NCBI GenBank assembly: GCA_963724765.1
Contig: CAVRVY010000002.1
Coordinates: 320,001-384,000 of the forward strand
DNA from: an uncultured delta proteobacterium
GTDB taxonomy: Bacteria > Desulfobacterota > Binatia > Binatales > Binataceae
Direction: 5' to 3'
DNA: 64,000 bases
Shown here: piece after piece, positions 50,196-60,361 of the stretch
Layout of the letters: each line of letters opens with the position of its first letter
How positions within the stretch are numbered: the first letter of the stretch is position 1
Translations under genes and position numbers: made by a program
The notes under the pieces: model-generated
What the model was told of the DNA's origin: nothing
Databases searched by the model: none
The model's input: the letters and a program-made list of their open reading frames with translations, nothing else

Positions 50196-52945
50196 GCGAA
50201 GCGTCGGTTCCAGCCTCCGGCGAGACCGCAGTCATCACGCCGTCCGCAGTCTCGCGCGACGAGGATTCGCTCTACAGCGAGTTCCAAAGCGGCGGGCGGC
50301 CCGGCCAGGCGGCGCGCGCCTGGCTCGACGCCGTGCGCGACGAGCTCGCGCATCGCCATTTCTCCGGCGCTGGCGGGATGGAGATCGTTCGCGAGTACAC
50401 CGGATGTGTCGACCGGTTGGTGCGCGCGCTCTATCGTTACGCGGATCATCATCATTCGCGCCGCTTTTCACGCCTAAACCAGCGCCTCGCCGTTATCGCG
50501 CGCGGCGGCTACGGCCGCGGCGAGCTCAATCCGCAGTCCGACATCGACCTCTTATTCCTGCACGACTACAAACCCGGCCCCTACGCCGAAGTAGTGACCG
50601 AGATAATTCTGCACGCGCTGTGGGATGCGGGCCTTACGGTCGGCCAGGCGGTGCGCAACGTGCGCGAATGTGTGCGCGCGGTCAACGACGATCTGAAGGA
50701 GAAGACCGCGATCCTCGACATCCGTTTTCTCGCGGGTGAGGAGAAATTGTGGGCCGCGCTCGACAAGGCGCTGATCGACGAGGTCCTCAACCGCAACCAG
50801 CAAAAATTCTTCCAGGCCAAGCTTCAGGAAAGCCGCGACCGCCATCGCCACTACGGCGACTCGATCTACCTGCTCGAGCCGCAAATCAAGGAAGGCGAGG
50901 GCGGCCTGCGCGATCTGCATACGGCGCTGTGGCTGGCCAAGGTCAAGTACAAGGTGCACTCGCTGCCCGAACTGGTGCAAAGGGCGATCATCAGTGAACC
51001 CGAGCTCGAGGAGGTCGTGCGCGCAGAGGACTTTCTGTACCGTGTGCGCAATTCGTTGCACTTTCTGAGCCGCCGCCATAACGACCAGCTAACTTTCGAG
51101 TACCAAGAGCGGATCGCTCCGCTGCTGGGCTTTACCACCAACGCCGACGCCTCGGGTAGTCCGGCTTCCGCGCTGATGCGCTTCTACTATGCGCAGGCCG
51201 CCGCCATCCATCGCTTCTCCGAGGGCCTCATCGCGCGCGTCACCGAAGATCCCGCCGTCGGGCGTTTCATGCGGCGCACCGGCGGGCGCCAGATTCGTCC
51301 CGGAGTGCTGATCCAGGGCCGCCTGCTCGCCATCGCTGAGAAGGATTTCTTTACACGCGCGCCGATCAATCTCCTGACCATCTTTGCCGATTGCCAGGCG
51401 CACGGCGTGGAGCTTTCGGGCAGCGCCTACCAGCAGGTGCGCGACAGCCTGGGGTTGGTCGACGACGCTTTTCGATGCGACCCGCGGACCGGGATGGCGC
51501 TGATGGGAATCATGTCGGGGCGCCAGCGCGTAGCCGAGACGCTGGAGGCGATGCATCGCGCGGGCGTGCTGGGCGCGGCGATTCCCGAGTTCGGCAATCT
51601 CTACGCGCGCGTGCTGCACGACCTCTACCACATCTATACCGTGGACCGGCATTCGCTGGCCGCGGTGCGCGAGCTTGAGCGGCTGCGCGCGGGCGAGTTC
51701 AAAGACAGCAATCCGCTCCTGACCGAGGTCGCGCGCGAGGTCACCGCGCTGCCGTTCATTTTTCTCGCCCTGGTCCTGCACGATATCGGCAAGGGCCACG
51801 GCCACGACCATCACGAACGCGGCGCGCTGCTAACGGCCGAGGTCTCGCGCCGCTTGGGGCTGGACGGCGAGGAGACCGACCTGGTGGTGTTCCTGGTGCG
51901 CAACCATCTGCTGATGTCGCAGGTGGCGCAAAAGGGCGACGTCGACGACGTCCGCACGGTCGAGGAGTTCGCGCGCACGGCAGGCTCTATCGACCGGCTG
52001 AAGGCGCTTTACCTGATGACTTTCGCCGACATGCGCGCAGTGGCGCCCAACGTCTACAACAACTGGCGCGATATGCTGCTGAGCGACCTCTACATGCGCG
52101 CGCTCAAGATTTTGGAGCAGGGCGATCGCGAGGCGGTCGATCCGGCGCGCCGGCTCGCCCTGGTCAAAGCCGCCGTGCGCGAGCGCCTTGGCCCACTGGG
52201 CGCCGCGCCCGAGGAGCTTGCGGCCTTTCTCGACCTGATGCCCGATCGCTACTTCCTCACCGTCCCCGAGGACGACATTCCGACCCACTTCGAGCTGATG
52301 CGGGCGCTCGGCGAGGAGGCCTTGGTCTGCCGCCATCGCCATTTTCCCGAGCTCGAGTTCAGCGAGTTTATCGTGGCCACGCGCGATCAGCCGGGCCTGT
52401 TCTCGAAGATCGCCGGCGTGCTCACGGCTAACAATCTCAATATCCTCTCGGCGCGCATCACGACCCGCGCCGACGACATGGCGCTCGATGTCTTCCGCGT
52501 CTCGCACGGCGCCGGGGGGATGGCGATGGAAGAGGAGCGATGGCTGCGCGTCGAGCGCGATCTCGAAGCCGTGCTGGCCGGCCAGCGCGACCTCGAGGCG
52601 ATGGTGGCCGAGGCGCAGCGCGCGCGCGTGGCCGGGCGCAAGTTTGTCCGCCGCGTAGCGACGGAGATCACGATCGACAACCGCAGCTCCGAGCAATACA
52701 CCGTGGTCGACGTTTTCACCCAGGACCGGGTCGGACTGCTGTTCGCGATTACGCATACGCTGTTCAAGCTCGGGATGGTGATTCATCTCGCGCGCATCTC
52801 GACCAACGCCGATCAGGCGCTTGACGTTTTCTACATCAGCGACGCAAGCGGCGAAAAGGTCGTCGAGCTTGACGCGATGCGGCGGCTGCGCGCGGCGCTG
52901 GTCGAGCGGCTCGACGACGTCCCGGCTGCGAGCGGAGCCGCGTGA
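50192..52945 (+). CDS. glnD: [Protein-PII] uridylyltransferase
   Basis: GGYGRGEL.PQSDIDL, KEGEGGLRD, YTVDRH, LHDIGKG, two C-terminal ACT domains. Confidence 0.97.
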   Translation: MSEASVPASGETAVITPSAVSRDEDSLYSEFQSGGRPGQAARAWLDAVRDELAHRHFSGAGGMEIVREYTGCVDRLVRALYRYADHHHSRRFSRLNQRLAVIARGGYGRGELNPQSDIDLLFLHDYKPGPYAEVVTEIILHALWDAGLTVGQAVRNVRECVRAVNDDLKEKTAILDIRFLAGEEKLWAALDKALIDEVLNRNQQKFFQAKLQESRDRHRHYGDSIYLLEPQIKEGEGGLRDLHTALWLAKVKYKVHSLPELVQRAIISEPELEEVVRAEDFLYRVRNSLHFLSRRHNDQLTFEYQERIAPLLGFTTNADASGSPASALMRFYYAQAAAIHRFSEGLIARVTEDPAVGRFMRRTGGRQIRPGVLIQGRLLAIAEKDFFTRAPINLLTIFADCQAHGVELSGSAYQQVRDSLGLVDDAFRCDPRTGMALMGIMSGRQRVAETLEAMHRAGVLGAAIPEFGNLYARVLHDLYHIYTVDRHSLAAVRELERLRAGEFKDSNPLLTEVAREVTALPFIFLALVLHDIGKGHGHDHHERGALLTAEVSRRLGLDGEETDLVVFLVRNHLLMSQVAQKGDVDDVRTVEEFARTAGSIDRLKALYLMTFADMRAVAPNVYNNWRDMLLSDLYMRALKILEQGDREAVDPARRLALVKAAVRERLGPLGAAPEELAAFLDLMPDRYFLTVPEDDIPTHFELMRALGEEALVCRHRHFPELEFSEFIVATRDQPGLFSKIAGVLTANNLNILSARITTRADDMALDVFRVSHGAGGMAMEEERWLRVERDLEAVLAGQRDLEAMVAEAQRARVAGRKFVRRVATEITIDNRSSEQYTVVDVFTQDRVGLLFAITHTLFKLGMVIHLARISTNADQALDVFYISDASGEKVVELDAMRRLRAALVERLDDVPAASGAA

Positions 52946-53943
52946 AAGTCAGGCTTAGCCCCAAACCGGCGGCGCGCCCGGATGGATCGGATGGCCCGGC
53001 GCGGGCGGCGCAGGGCCGGGATCGGGACTGGGACCAGATCATCGAGCGCCATCTCGACCGCTTGCGGGTGGAACGCGGGTTGGGCAACAACTCGGTGCAG
53101 GCCTACGCGCGCGATCTCCGCGAGTTCCAGCAGCACTGTCGCAACCATGAAGTCGAGCCCTCGGCTCTGCAGGCACGTACTGTCAGCGGCTACCTGGAGG
53201 CGATGGCGCGGCGCGGGATGTCGGTGGCGAGCCAGCGGCGCCATCTGGCGAGCATCCGCGGCCTCGCGCGCGAAATGGTCGAACAAAAGATCATCGAGCG
53301 CGACCCGGCCGCAGCAATCAAGCTGCGGCCGCATCCCCGGGCGCTCCCGCGCACGCTTGGCCGGCGCGACCTCGAGATGCTGCTCGACGCGATCGACACC
53401 GCCACGCTTCGCGGCAAGCGCGACCGCGCGATGCTCGAGCTGGCGTACGGATGCGGCCTGCGGGTTTCGGAGCTGATCGGGCTCAGGGCTGGCCAGGTCA
53501 ATGTCGCGGAGCGAATCGTGATCGTGCTCGGCAAAGGCGGCAAGGAACGGATCGTGCCGATCGGATCGGCCGCGGTGCGCGCGCTCAAGAATTATCTCAC
53601 CGCGCGCGAGGCGGAGCCGCGAAAGAAAACGCGCGCGGCGCGGCCGTCGCCGGCGCTGTTCATCAGCCGGCTGGGGCGTGCGATGACGCGTCAGGGGTTT
53701 TTCAAGGCGCTCAAGGGATGGACCGTCGCGGAGCCGCGCCTTTCGTGGATCAGTCCGCACAGTCTACGCCACTGTTTTGCGACCCATCTGCTGGAAGGCG
53801 GCGCCGATCTGCGCGCGGTGCAGGAGATGCTCGGTCACAGCGACATCTCGACCACCCAGATTTACACCCATCTGTCCAAAAGCCATCTGCGCAAGGTCCA
53901 TCGCACGCACCATCCGCGCGCCGTGCGCGCCAGCATGTCCTGA
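52942..53943 (+). CDS. xerD: Site-specific tyrosine recombinase XerD
   Basis: GLRVSEL, GKGGKER, SPHSLRHCFATHLL, LGHSDISTTQIY; housekeeping context. Confidence 0.92.
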   Translation: MKVRLSPKPAARPDGSDGPARAAQGRDRDWDQIIERHLDRLRVERGLGNNSVQAYARDLREFQQHCRNHEVEPSALQARTVSGYLEAMARRGMSVASQRRHLASIRGLAREMVEQKIIERDPAAAIKLRPHPRALPRTLGRRDLEMLLDAIDTATLRGKRDRAMLELAYGCGLRVSELIGLRAGQVNVAERIVIVLGKGGKERIVPIGSAAVRALKNYLTAREAEPRKKTRAARPSPALFISRLGRAMTRQGFFKALKGWTVAEPRLSWISPHSLRHCFATHLLEGGADLRAVQEMLGHSDISTTQIYTHLSKSHLRKVHRTHHPRAVRASMS

Positions 53944-53968
53944 AGATGTCCTGAAGGCGAACCCGCAC

Positions 53969-54610
53969 TTGGCCAACCTCAGCGCATTTATCGTCACGCT
54001 TTCGATCTGGGCGGTGCCCACGGTGTTCGCGATCGTGCTGCACGAGGTGATGCACGGTTATGTCGCGAACCTGTTGGGCGACGACACTGCGGCGCGCGCG
54101 GGGCGGCTCACGCTCAATCCGCTAAGCCACGTCGATCCGATCGGCACCGTCATCATGCCCGCGCTGCTCCTGTTTTTACATCTGCCGGTCTTCGGCTACG
54201 CCAAGCCGGTGCCGGTCGATTTCCGGCGTCTAAGCCGCGCCGGGATGATCGCGGTGGCGGCGGCGGGTCCGCTGACCAACCTGGCGCTGGCGGTCGCGAG
54301 CGCCTTCGTCGCCCGGATGTTCGTGCCGTACGTCAACGCGCCGTGGGGCGAGACGGTCGCGCTGCCGATCGTCTACATGATGCAGGCCTCGGTCCTGATA
54401 AACGTGTTGCTCGCAGTTTTCAATTTGCTGCCGCTGCTGCCGCTCGACGGCGGCCGGGTGCTGGCGGGACTGCTGCCGCTGCCGGCGGCGCGCGCGTTCG
54501 CGCGTCTTGAACCGTACGGACTTCTGATATTATTCGCGTTGTTGTATACGAACGCGGTGGACGTGGTTATCAATCCGCTGATCAACGCGATCGCGCGGGT
54601 GCTGCTGTGA
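53969..54610 (+). CDS. Site-2 protease (M50 family)
   Basis: LHEVMH, GRLTLNP, AGPLTN, FNLLPLLPLDG. Confidence 0.93.
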   Translation: MANLSAFIVTLSIWAVPTVFAIVLHEVMHGYVANLLGDDTAARAGRLTLNPLSHVDPIGTVIMPALLLFLHLPVFGYAKPVPVDFRRLSRAGMIAVAAAGPLTNLALAVASAFVARMFVPYVNAPWGETVALPIVYMMQASVLINVLLAVFNLLPLLPLDGGRVLAGLLPLPAARAFARLEPYGLLILFALLYTNAVDVVINPLINAIARVLL

Positions 54611-55440
54611 GCGACGGTTCGCAGGACGCGGCGGAACGCGTCGAGGCGGCCGCGGGGCCGCGCTTTCGCCTCCCGATCTACGAGGGGCCGCTCGATCTGC
54701 TGCTCCATCTGATCAAACGCGCCGAACTCGACGCGCGCGACATTACCGCCAGCGTCATCACCGAGCAGTACCTCGCCTATCTCGAACTGCTCGACTCGCT
54801 CAACCTGGACGTGGCCGGCGAGTACCTGGTGATGGCGGCGACCTTGCTATTGATCAAATCGTTCTCGATGCTGCCGCATGCGGGGACCGAGGAGCTGGAG
54901 GAGGCCGAGGAACTCAAGCGCGACCTGGTCGCGCGCCTGCTGGAGTACCAGCGCTATCGCGAGGCCGCCGAGAAACTCGGCGCGCGCGCGCTTTTGGGCC
55001 GCGACGTCTTCGCCGCGCCGGGCGAGAAGCAGCCCGATGAGCCGCCGGAAGAGGAGGGCCAGGCGCCACGGCTCAACGTGTCGCTATTCGACTTGGTCGA
55101 GGCGATGGCGGAGGTGCTGAAGCGGCTGACCGACACCACGCCACGCCAGATCGCGCTGCGCGACATTCCGGTCGCCGAATGTATTCCGGGGATCATGGCG
55201 GCGCTCGAGCAAAGCGGCGGCACGGTGGAATTCGCGGCGCTGTTCGAGAACTTTCATGATCTGCGCCATCTGAACGATCGCTCGGTGTTGATCGCGACTT
55301 TCATGGCGTTGCTGGAGTTGATCCGGCAGGGCAGGGTGCGGGCGCGCCAGGAGCGGCGCTTCGGCCCGATCCTGCTCGAGCGGCGCGATCAGGCGCCTTC
55401 CGGCGAGACGCCGCCGCCGCCCGCGGGCGGGCAGCAGTGA
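54607..55440 (+). CDS. scpA: Segregation and condensation protein A
   Basis: YEGPLDLLLHLI, EYLVMAATL, FMALLELI. Confidence 0.95.
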   Translation: MSDGSQDAAERVEAAAGPRFRLPIYEGPLDLLLHLIKRAELDARDITASVITEQYLAYLELLDSLNLDVAGEYLVMAATLLLIKSFSMLPHAGTEELEEAEELKRDLVARLLEYQRYREAAEKLGARALLGRDVFAAPGEKQPDEPPEEEGQAPRLNVSLFDLVEAMAEVLKRLTDTTPRQIALRDIPVAECIPGIMAALEQSGGTVEFAALFENFHDLRHLNDRSVLIATFMALLELIRQGRVRARQERRFGPILLERRDQAPSGETPPPPAGGQQ

Positions 55441-55500
55441 ACGAGCATCATCTGAAAAAAATCGCGGCGGCCCGCGCCTGAGCGGCCCGGCTGGAGTGGG

Positions 55501-56340
55501 ATGGAAGAGGAACGGCTCAAGGCGATTCTGGAAAGCCTGCTGTTTGCGGCGGGTGAGCCGGTGCCGCTCGCGCGGCTGACGGCGGTGCTCGACAACGTTG
55601 TTGCGCGCGAAGCGATCAAAAAAGCGCTGGGCGAAATGCTGCTGGGCTACGGCGGGCGCGGCGTGATGCTTGAAGAAGTCGCGGGCGGCTACCAGTTGCG
55701 CACGCCTAAGGAGCACGCGCTCTACGTGCGCAAGCTGCTCGCCGCCAAGCCGCCGCGGCTCAGCCGTCCGCTGCTGGAGACGCTCGCGATAATCGCCTAT
55801 CGCCAGCCGGTTACCCGGCCCGAAATCGAGCAGTTGCGCGGCGTCGATTCGGGCGGCGTACTTGAAACGTTGCTCGAACGCCGGCTGGTGAGAATCGCCG
55901 GGCGCAAGGAGGCGCCCGGGCGTCCGATCATGTACGCGACCTCGCCGGAGTTTCTCGAGGTCTTCGGACTGCGCGACCTCGACGGGTTGCCCGATCTCGA
56001 AGAGTTCAAGGAGCTGGAGGAGCGCGCCGCGCAGGAAGCGTCCGCCGCGCAGGAAGCATCCGACGTGTCCGCTGCGCAGGCGTCGTTCGAGACGGCCGCC
56101 GCAGCGCGGGAAGGCTCGGGCGGAGACACGCCGCCCGAGCCTTCCCGCGGCGGCGAAGAATCGGCGCCGCCGCGCGGCGCCGAAGCCGCGGATGAGGCGC
56201 CGCTGTCTGGCGACGCGCAGAGCGCGTCGCCAGACACCGCGCCGCCAGCCGTCGCGCCGACGGAGGAGCGGCCTGGGGAGGCGCAGTCGCGGAGCGACTG
56301 CGCCTCCCCAGGCCGCGCGCGCGATGACGAGCCGCAGTAG
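55501..56340 (+). CDS. scpB: Segregation and condensation protein B with long acidic tail
   Basis: ILESLLF, ETLAIIAYRQPVTR.EIE..RGV, PGRP..Y. Confidence 0.95.
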   Translation: MEEERLKAILESLLFAAGEPVPLARLTAVLDNVVAREAIKKALGEMLLGYGGRGVMLEEVAGGYQLRTPKEHALYVRKLLAAKPPRLSRPLLETLAIIAYRQPVTRPEIEQLRGVDSGGVLETLLERRLVRIAGRKEAPGRPIMYATSPEFLEVFGLRDLDGLPDLEEFKELEERAAQEASAAQEASDVSAAQASFETAAAAREGSGGDTPPEPSRGGEESAPPRGAEAADEAPLSGDAQSASPDTAPPAVAPTEERPGEAQSRSDCASPGRARDDEPQ

Positions 56341-56376
56341 ATGTCGTCGCGCGGCGAAGCACATCTAGCTCTCGCG

Positions 56377-59088
56377 CTAGATGTGCTTCGCCGTCGGGCG
56401 CAGGCGCATCCGCGCGTCGACCACTATCGCGCCCTTGCCCGGCGGCAGCACCTTGACCGGATTCAGATCCATCTCGGTCAACTCGGGAATCGCCTCGATC
56501 AGCGCCGAGACACGCTGCAACACGGCGACCAGCGCGCCGCGGTCGCCCGGTGCGGCGCCGCGATAGCCGTCGAGCAGCCGGCCCATCCGCAGTGATGCCA
56601 ACATCTCGCGTGCGTCGATATCGGTAACGGGACTCAGCCGGAACGCGACGTCGTGGATCAGCTCGACCATCACGCCGCCCAAGCCGCACACCAGCAGCGG
56701 GCCGAAAGTCGGGTCGCTGGTGACGCCGACCAGCGCCTCGATTCCGCCCTGCACTTCGCGCTGCAGCAGCAGGCCTTCCAGCACGGCGCCGGCCTTGCGC
56801 GCGCGGTCGGCCAGCGTGACCGCGGCCTCAGCCACGGCGAGCGGTGAGTGCAATCCCATGATCACCCCGCCGATATCGCTCTTGTGCGTGACGCCGGGTG
56901 CGATCACCTTCGCGACCAGCGGATAGCCGATACTATCGGCGACTTGCGGCGCGTCGGCGACCGAGGCGCGCTCGGCCTGCGCGACTTCGATTCCGGCGGC
57001 GCGCAGGAGGGTCGCGATGTCCTCGGGCGCAAGCGAAATCGATCCGCGAGCGTCCTTGAGCACACGATCGACGACCGCGCGCACGGCGCCCATCGCGAAT
57101 GAACTGAGCTCGAGCGCTGCGCCGCGCGGCCGCTCGCGCCATCGGGCATACCGATACGCCGCCGCCAGTACCATCGCGGCGTTTTCCGGAAACGCATATG
57201 ACGGAAGCTTGCCGCGTGCGCCGGCATCAAGCACGGCCGGCGGCCATTTTGAGGACAGGAACACGGTAAGCACGGGTTTGTGTGCCGGCACCTGCGATGC
57301 GCCGCGCGCGATGGCGTCGGCGACAAGGTTGCGCGGCGCCTCGGTGGCCGGGATATAAACCGCCACCACCGAATCGACGTTGGGGTCGGCGCCGACCGCG
57401 GCGATCGCGCGCTCGTACTCCGCGGCACCGGCGGTCGCGGTCAGGTCCACCGGATTGCCGAACGAAGCGCGCGCCGGCAGAAATGTGCGGAGCGTGTCTA
57501 CCGTGATGTCGGCAGGCTGCGGCAGGACCAGGCCCTGCGCTTCGCACGCGTCGGCGAGCAGGATTCCTGGGCCACCAGCGTTGGTAACCACTCCGACGCG
57601 CGGGCCGGCCGGGACCGGCTGCGTCGAGAGCATCGCGACCACGTCGAACAGCTCCATCAGCGTGTTGGTCCGGATCACGCCGGCCTGCTCGAAGAGCGCC
57701 TCGACCGCGACGTCGAGGTTGGCCAGCGCGGCGCTATGGCTGGAGGCGGCGCGCCGACCGGCTGCTGAGCGCCCCGACTTGACCGCGACGATCGGGCGGC
57801 GGCGCGCGACCTCGGGCGCCAGGCGCGCGAATTTGCGCGGATTGCCGACGCTCTCGAGATAGAGCACGACCACGCCGGTGCGCACGTCGTCGAGCCAGTA
57901 GGCGAGCAGGTCGTTGTTGGAGACGTCGGGGCGGTTGCCGGCCGAGACGAAGGTCGAAATTCCGAGCCCGCGGCTGTTCATGTAGTCGAGGATCGCGATA
58001 CCCAGCGCGCCGCTCTGCGAGTACATCCCGATATTGCCGGGCGGCGGCAAGATCGGCGCGAAGGTCCCGTCCAGCCGCACTGCCGGGTCGGTATTGAGCA
58101 CGCCCATGCAGTTCGGTCCCACCATCCGCATCCCCGACGCGCGCACCATCTCGAACAGCCGCTCCTCTTCCGCGCGTCCCGCGGCCGAGACCTCGGCAAA
58201 GCCCGACGTGATCACCACCACGCCATGCACGTGCGCGCGCATGCAGTCCTCGATCGCGCCGTGGACCAGTTGGGCGGGCACCGCGACCAGCGCGAGATCC
58301 ACCGGCGCGCCAATCGCCGCCACGTTCGGGTAGCATCGCAGTCCCATCACCTCGCTGGCGCCGGGGTTCACCGGGTACACCGGCCCATTGAATCCTGCGC
58401 GCTGCAGATTGGCGACCAGCGCGCCGCCGATCTTCGCGCGCGAGCGCGACGCGCCGATCACCGCGACCGAGCGCGGATGGAGCAGCCTGCGGATGCTCTC
58501 GCCGGCCGCGGTCCAGTTGCGCAGCTCGCTCGCCTGGCGCGAGGCCTCGGTCTCGCCGGTCGGAAAGCTCAAGTGGACCACGCCGGCGTCGGTCGAGCGC
58601 TTCACGCGGAAACCGCTCTTGGCGAAAACCTCGAGCATCCGGTTGTTGTCGCCCAGCACGTCGGCCTGGAACTCGGTGATTCCGGCCGCGCGCGCGACGC
58701 GCCCGAGATGGTCGAGCAGAACAGTGCCGATACCGCGTCCCTGATGCTCGTCGAGTACGGCGAAGGCGACTTCGGCGCGCGCCGGTCCGGTGGTGACATA
58801 GCGGCCGACACCGATAAAGCGCTCGTCGGCGCCGGTGCGCAGCGTCGCCACCAGGGCGACATGGCTCGCGAAGTCGATCTCGGTGAAGCGTACGAGGTCC
58901 TGCTCGGTCAGCGAATGCTTCAGTCCGAAGAAGCGGTGGTAAATCGAGTCCTGACTCATGTGGCGGAAGTGATCGGTCAGCCGATCCTTGTCGTCGGCGC
59001 GGATGGCGCGGATATGGATCGAGCCGCCGTCGCGCAGGACCTCGTGCGCGGAATAATTTTTTGCTTCCGGACTGGTATCGTCTGTCAC
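56377..59088 (-). CDS. GNAT plus NDP-forming acyl-CoA synthetase fusion (Pat-like protein lysine acetyltransferase)
   Basis: AEVAFAV.DEHQGRGIG; GPNCMG, SQSGALG, SH, TNAGGPG, HKSDIGGV, DLNPV. Confidence 0.92.
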   Translation of the reverse strand: MTDDTSPEAKNYSAHEVLRDGGSIHIRAIRADDKDRLTDHFRHMSQDSIYHRFFGLKHSLTEQDLVRFTEIDFASHVALVATLRTGADERFIGVGRYVTTGPARAEVAFAVLDEHQGRGIGTVLLDHLGRVARAAGITEFQADVLGDNNRMLEVFAKSGFRVKRSTDAGVVHLSFPTGETEASRQASELRNWTAAGESIRRLLHPRSVAVIGASRSRAKIGGALVANLQRAGFNGPVYPVNPGASEVMGLRCYPNVAAIGAPVDLALVAVPAQLVHGAIEDCMRAHVHGVVVITSGFAEVSAAGRAEEERLFEMVRASGMRMVGPNCMGVLNTDPAVRLDGTFAPILPPPGNIGMYSQSGALGIAILDYMNSRGLGISTFVSAGNRPDVSNNDLLAYWLDDVRTGVVVLYLESVGNPRKFARLAPEVARRRPIVAVKSGRSAAGRRAASSHSAALANLDVAVEALFEQAGVIRTNTLMELFDVVAMLSTQPVPAGPRVGVVTNAGGPGILLADACEAQGLVLPQPADITVDTLRTFLPARASFGNPVDLTATAGAAEYERAIAAVGADPNVDSVVAVYIPATEAPRNLVADAIARGASQVPAHKPVLTVFLSSKWPPAVLDAGARGKLPSYAFPENAAMVLAAAYRYARWRERPRGAALELSSFAMGAVRAVVDRVLKDARGSISLAPEDIATLLRAAGIEVAQAERASVADAPQVADSIGYPLVAKVIAPGVTHKSDIGGVIMGLHSPLAVAEAAVTLADRARKAGAVLEGLLLQREVQGGIEALVGVTSDPTFGPLLVCGLGGVMVELIHDVAFRLSPVTDIDAREMLASLRMGRLLDGYRGAAPGDRGALVAVLQRVSALIEAIPELTEMDLNPVKVLPPGKGAIVVDARMRLRPTAKHI

Positions 59089-59133
59089 GATGGTAACCGC
59101 ACTGTCGTTACGGAACTCTAGTTACCGGATTGA

Positions 59134-60339
59134 CTATTTCTGGCTGCGCGCGAGCGCGCTCCGCAATTTTTCCGGCAGCGCCGAGGCGCGCACGAATACC
59201 CATCCTTCCATCAAGCGGCGCGCCGTGCGGTAGACCGTCGCACTCTCGGCGAACCATTCATTATTTTCGCGCCTCACCATCGCGCCGACCACGGTTAGCC
59301 CCGAGGGCTGCGCGATTCGCACCGGGTCGCCGGGCGACGCAGCCGGCCGCGCGATGCGGTTTACCACCGTGCCCTCGATTCGCGACGCGACCGCCAGAGA
59401 CATCGCGCCCGTCAGCGGGACGGCGCGATGCGGCTGGCCGATCGAGATCATGCGCACCGTCACGTCGGCGTGCTCGGCGGCGAGCCTCTCGCCCGCGAGC
59501 GTCCGCGCCTCGCGCGCCGGCGCGACCATCGCGACCTTCGGAATACTGGGGATTCGCGCGGCGGCTTCGGCGGTTTTCGCGATACCCATCCTGAGGCTCG
59601 CGGCGATCCGGATCGCCTCGAGACGCCGCAGCAACGCGCCGTTGGCCTCCAGCTCATCAGGCATCTCGACTCCGCTTGCGCCGAGCGCATCGGCGGCGAC
59701 GAACACGCACGGATTCGCCGCATCCACCATCGAGGCCTCGATTCCGCGCATCCCGTTCGCGTCAAGCGTGTCTATCGGGTTGCCGGTCGGCAGCAGCCTG
59801 CCGGTACCCGCGCCGCCCGGCTCGAGGAAGTCCAGCCTCACTGGCGCACCGGTGCCGGCGACGCCGGGGAGACTGAAGTCGCCGTCCACGGCGGCGCGTC
59901 CGCCGTCGAGCGGGAAGTGCGCGACGATTAGCTTGCGCGTGTTGGTATTGTGGATCCGTACCGTCGCTTCGCCGGCCGCGTCCGCGGCGGAGGCAGTGAC
60001 AAGGCCCTCGTCGACCGCGAACGGACCGACGGCGGACGACATGTTGCCGCAGTTGCCGCTGTAGTCGACCGAGGCATCCTTAACCGAGACCTGTGCGAAG
60101 GTGTAATCGACGTCGGCGCCGGCGCGAGTCGGCGGCCCGATCACGCAAATTTTCGAGAGCGACGAAATCCCGCCGCCCATCCCGTCGAGCTGGCGTCCGT
60201 TGGGATCGGGGCTGCCGATCACGCCGAGAAAGATCGGCGCCCACAGCTCGCGCTCGGCGGGAAGATCGGCCGCACGCAACATCACGGCCTTGCTGGTTCC
60301 GCCGCGCATGAAGACCGCGCGCAATTTGAGCTGCTTCAT
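59134..60339 (-). CDS. prpF: PrpF-family isomerase
   Basis: MRGGTSK, DGMGGG.SSLSK, GNCGN, RTARRLMEG. Confidence 0.88.
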   Translation of the reverse strand: MKQLKLRAVFMRGGTSKAVMLRAADLPAERELWAPIFLGVIGSPDPNGRQLDGMGGGISSLSKICVIGPPTRAGADVDYTFAQVSVKDASVDYSGNCGNMSSAVGPFAVDEGLVTASAADAAGEATVRIHNTNTRKLIVAHFPLDGGRAAVDGDFSLPGVAGTGAPVRLDFLEPGGAGTGRLLPTGNPIDTLDANGMRGIEASMVDAANPCVFVAADALGASGVEMPDELEANGALLRRLEAIRIAASLRMGIAKTAEAAARIPSIPKVAMVAPAREARTLAGERLAAEHADVTVRMISIGQPHRAVPLTGAMSLAVASRIEGTVVNRIARPAASPGDPVRIAQPSGLTVVGAMVRRENNEWFAESATVYRTARRLMEGWVFVRASALPEKLRSALARSQK

Positions 60340-60361
60340 CAGCGCGCTGTTCGACGTCCAG

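Noticed and set aside
52942-53943. xerD as the island integrase
   Set aside because: Embedded in a housekeeping operon 13 kb away; the island has its own arm-domain integrase
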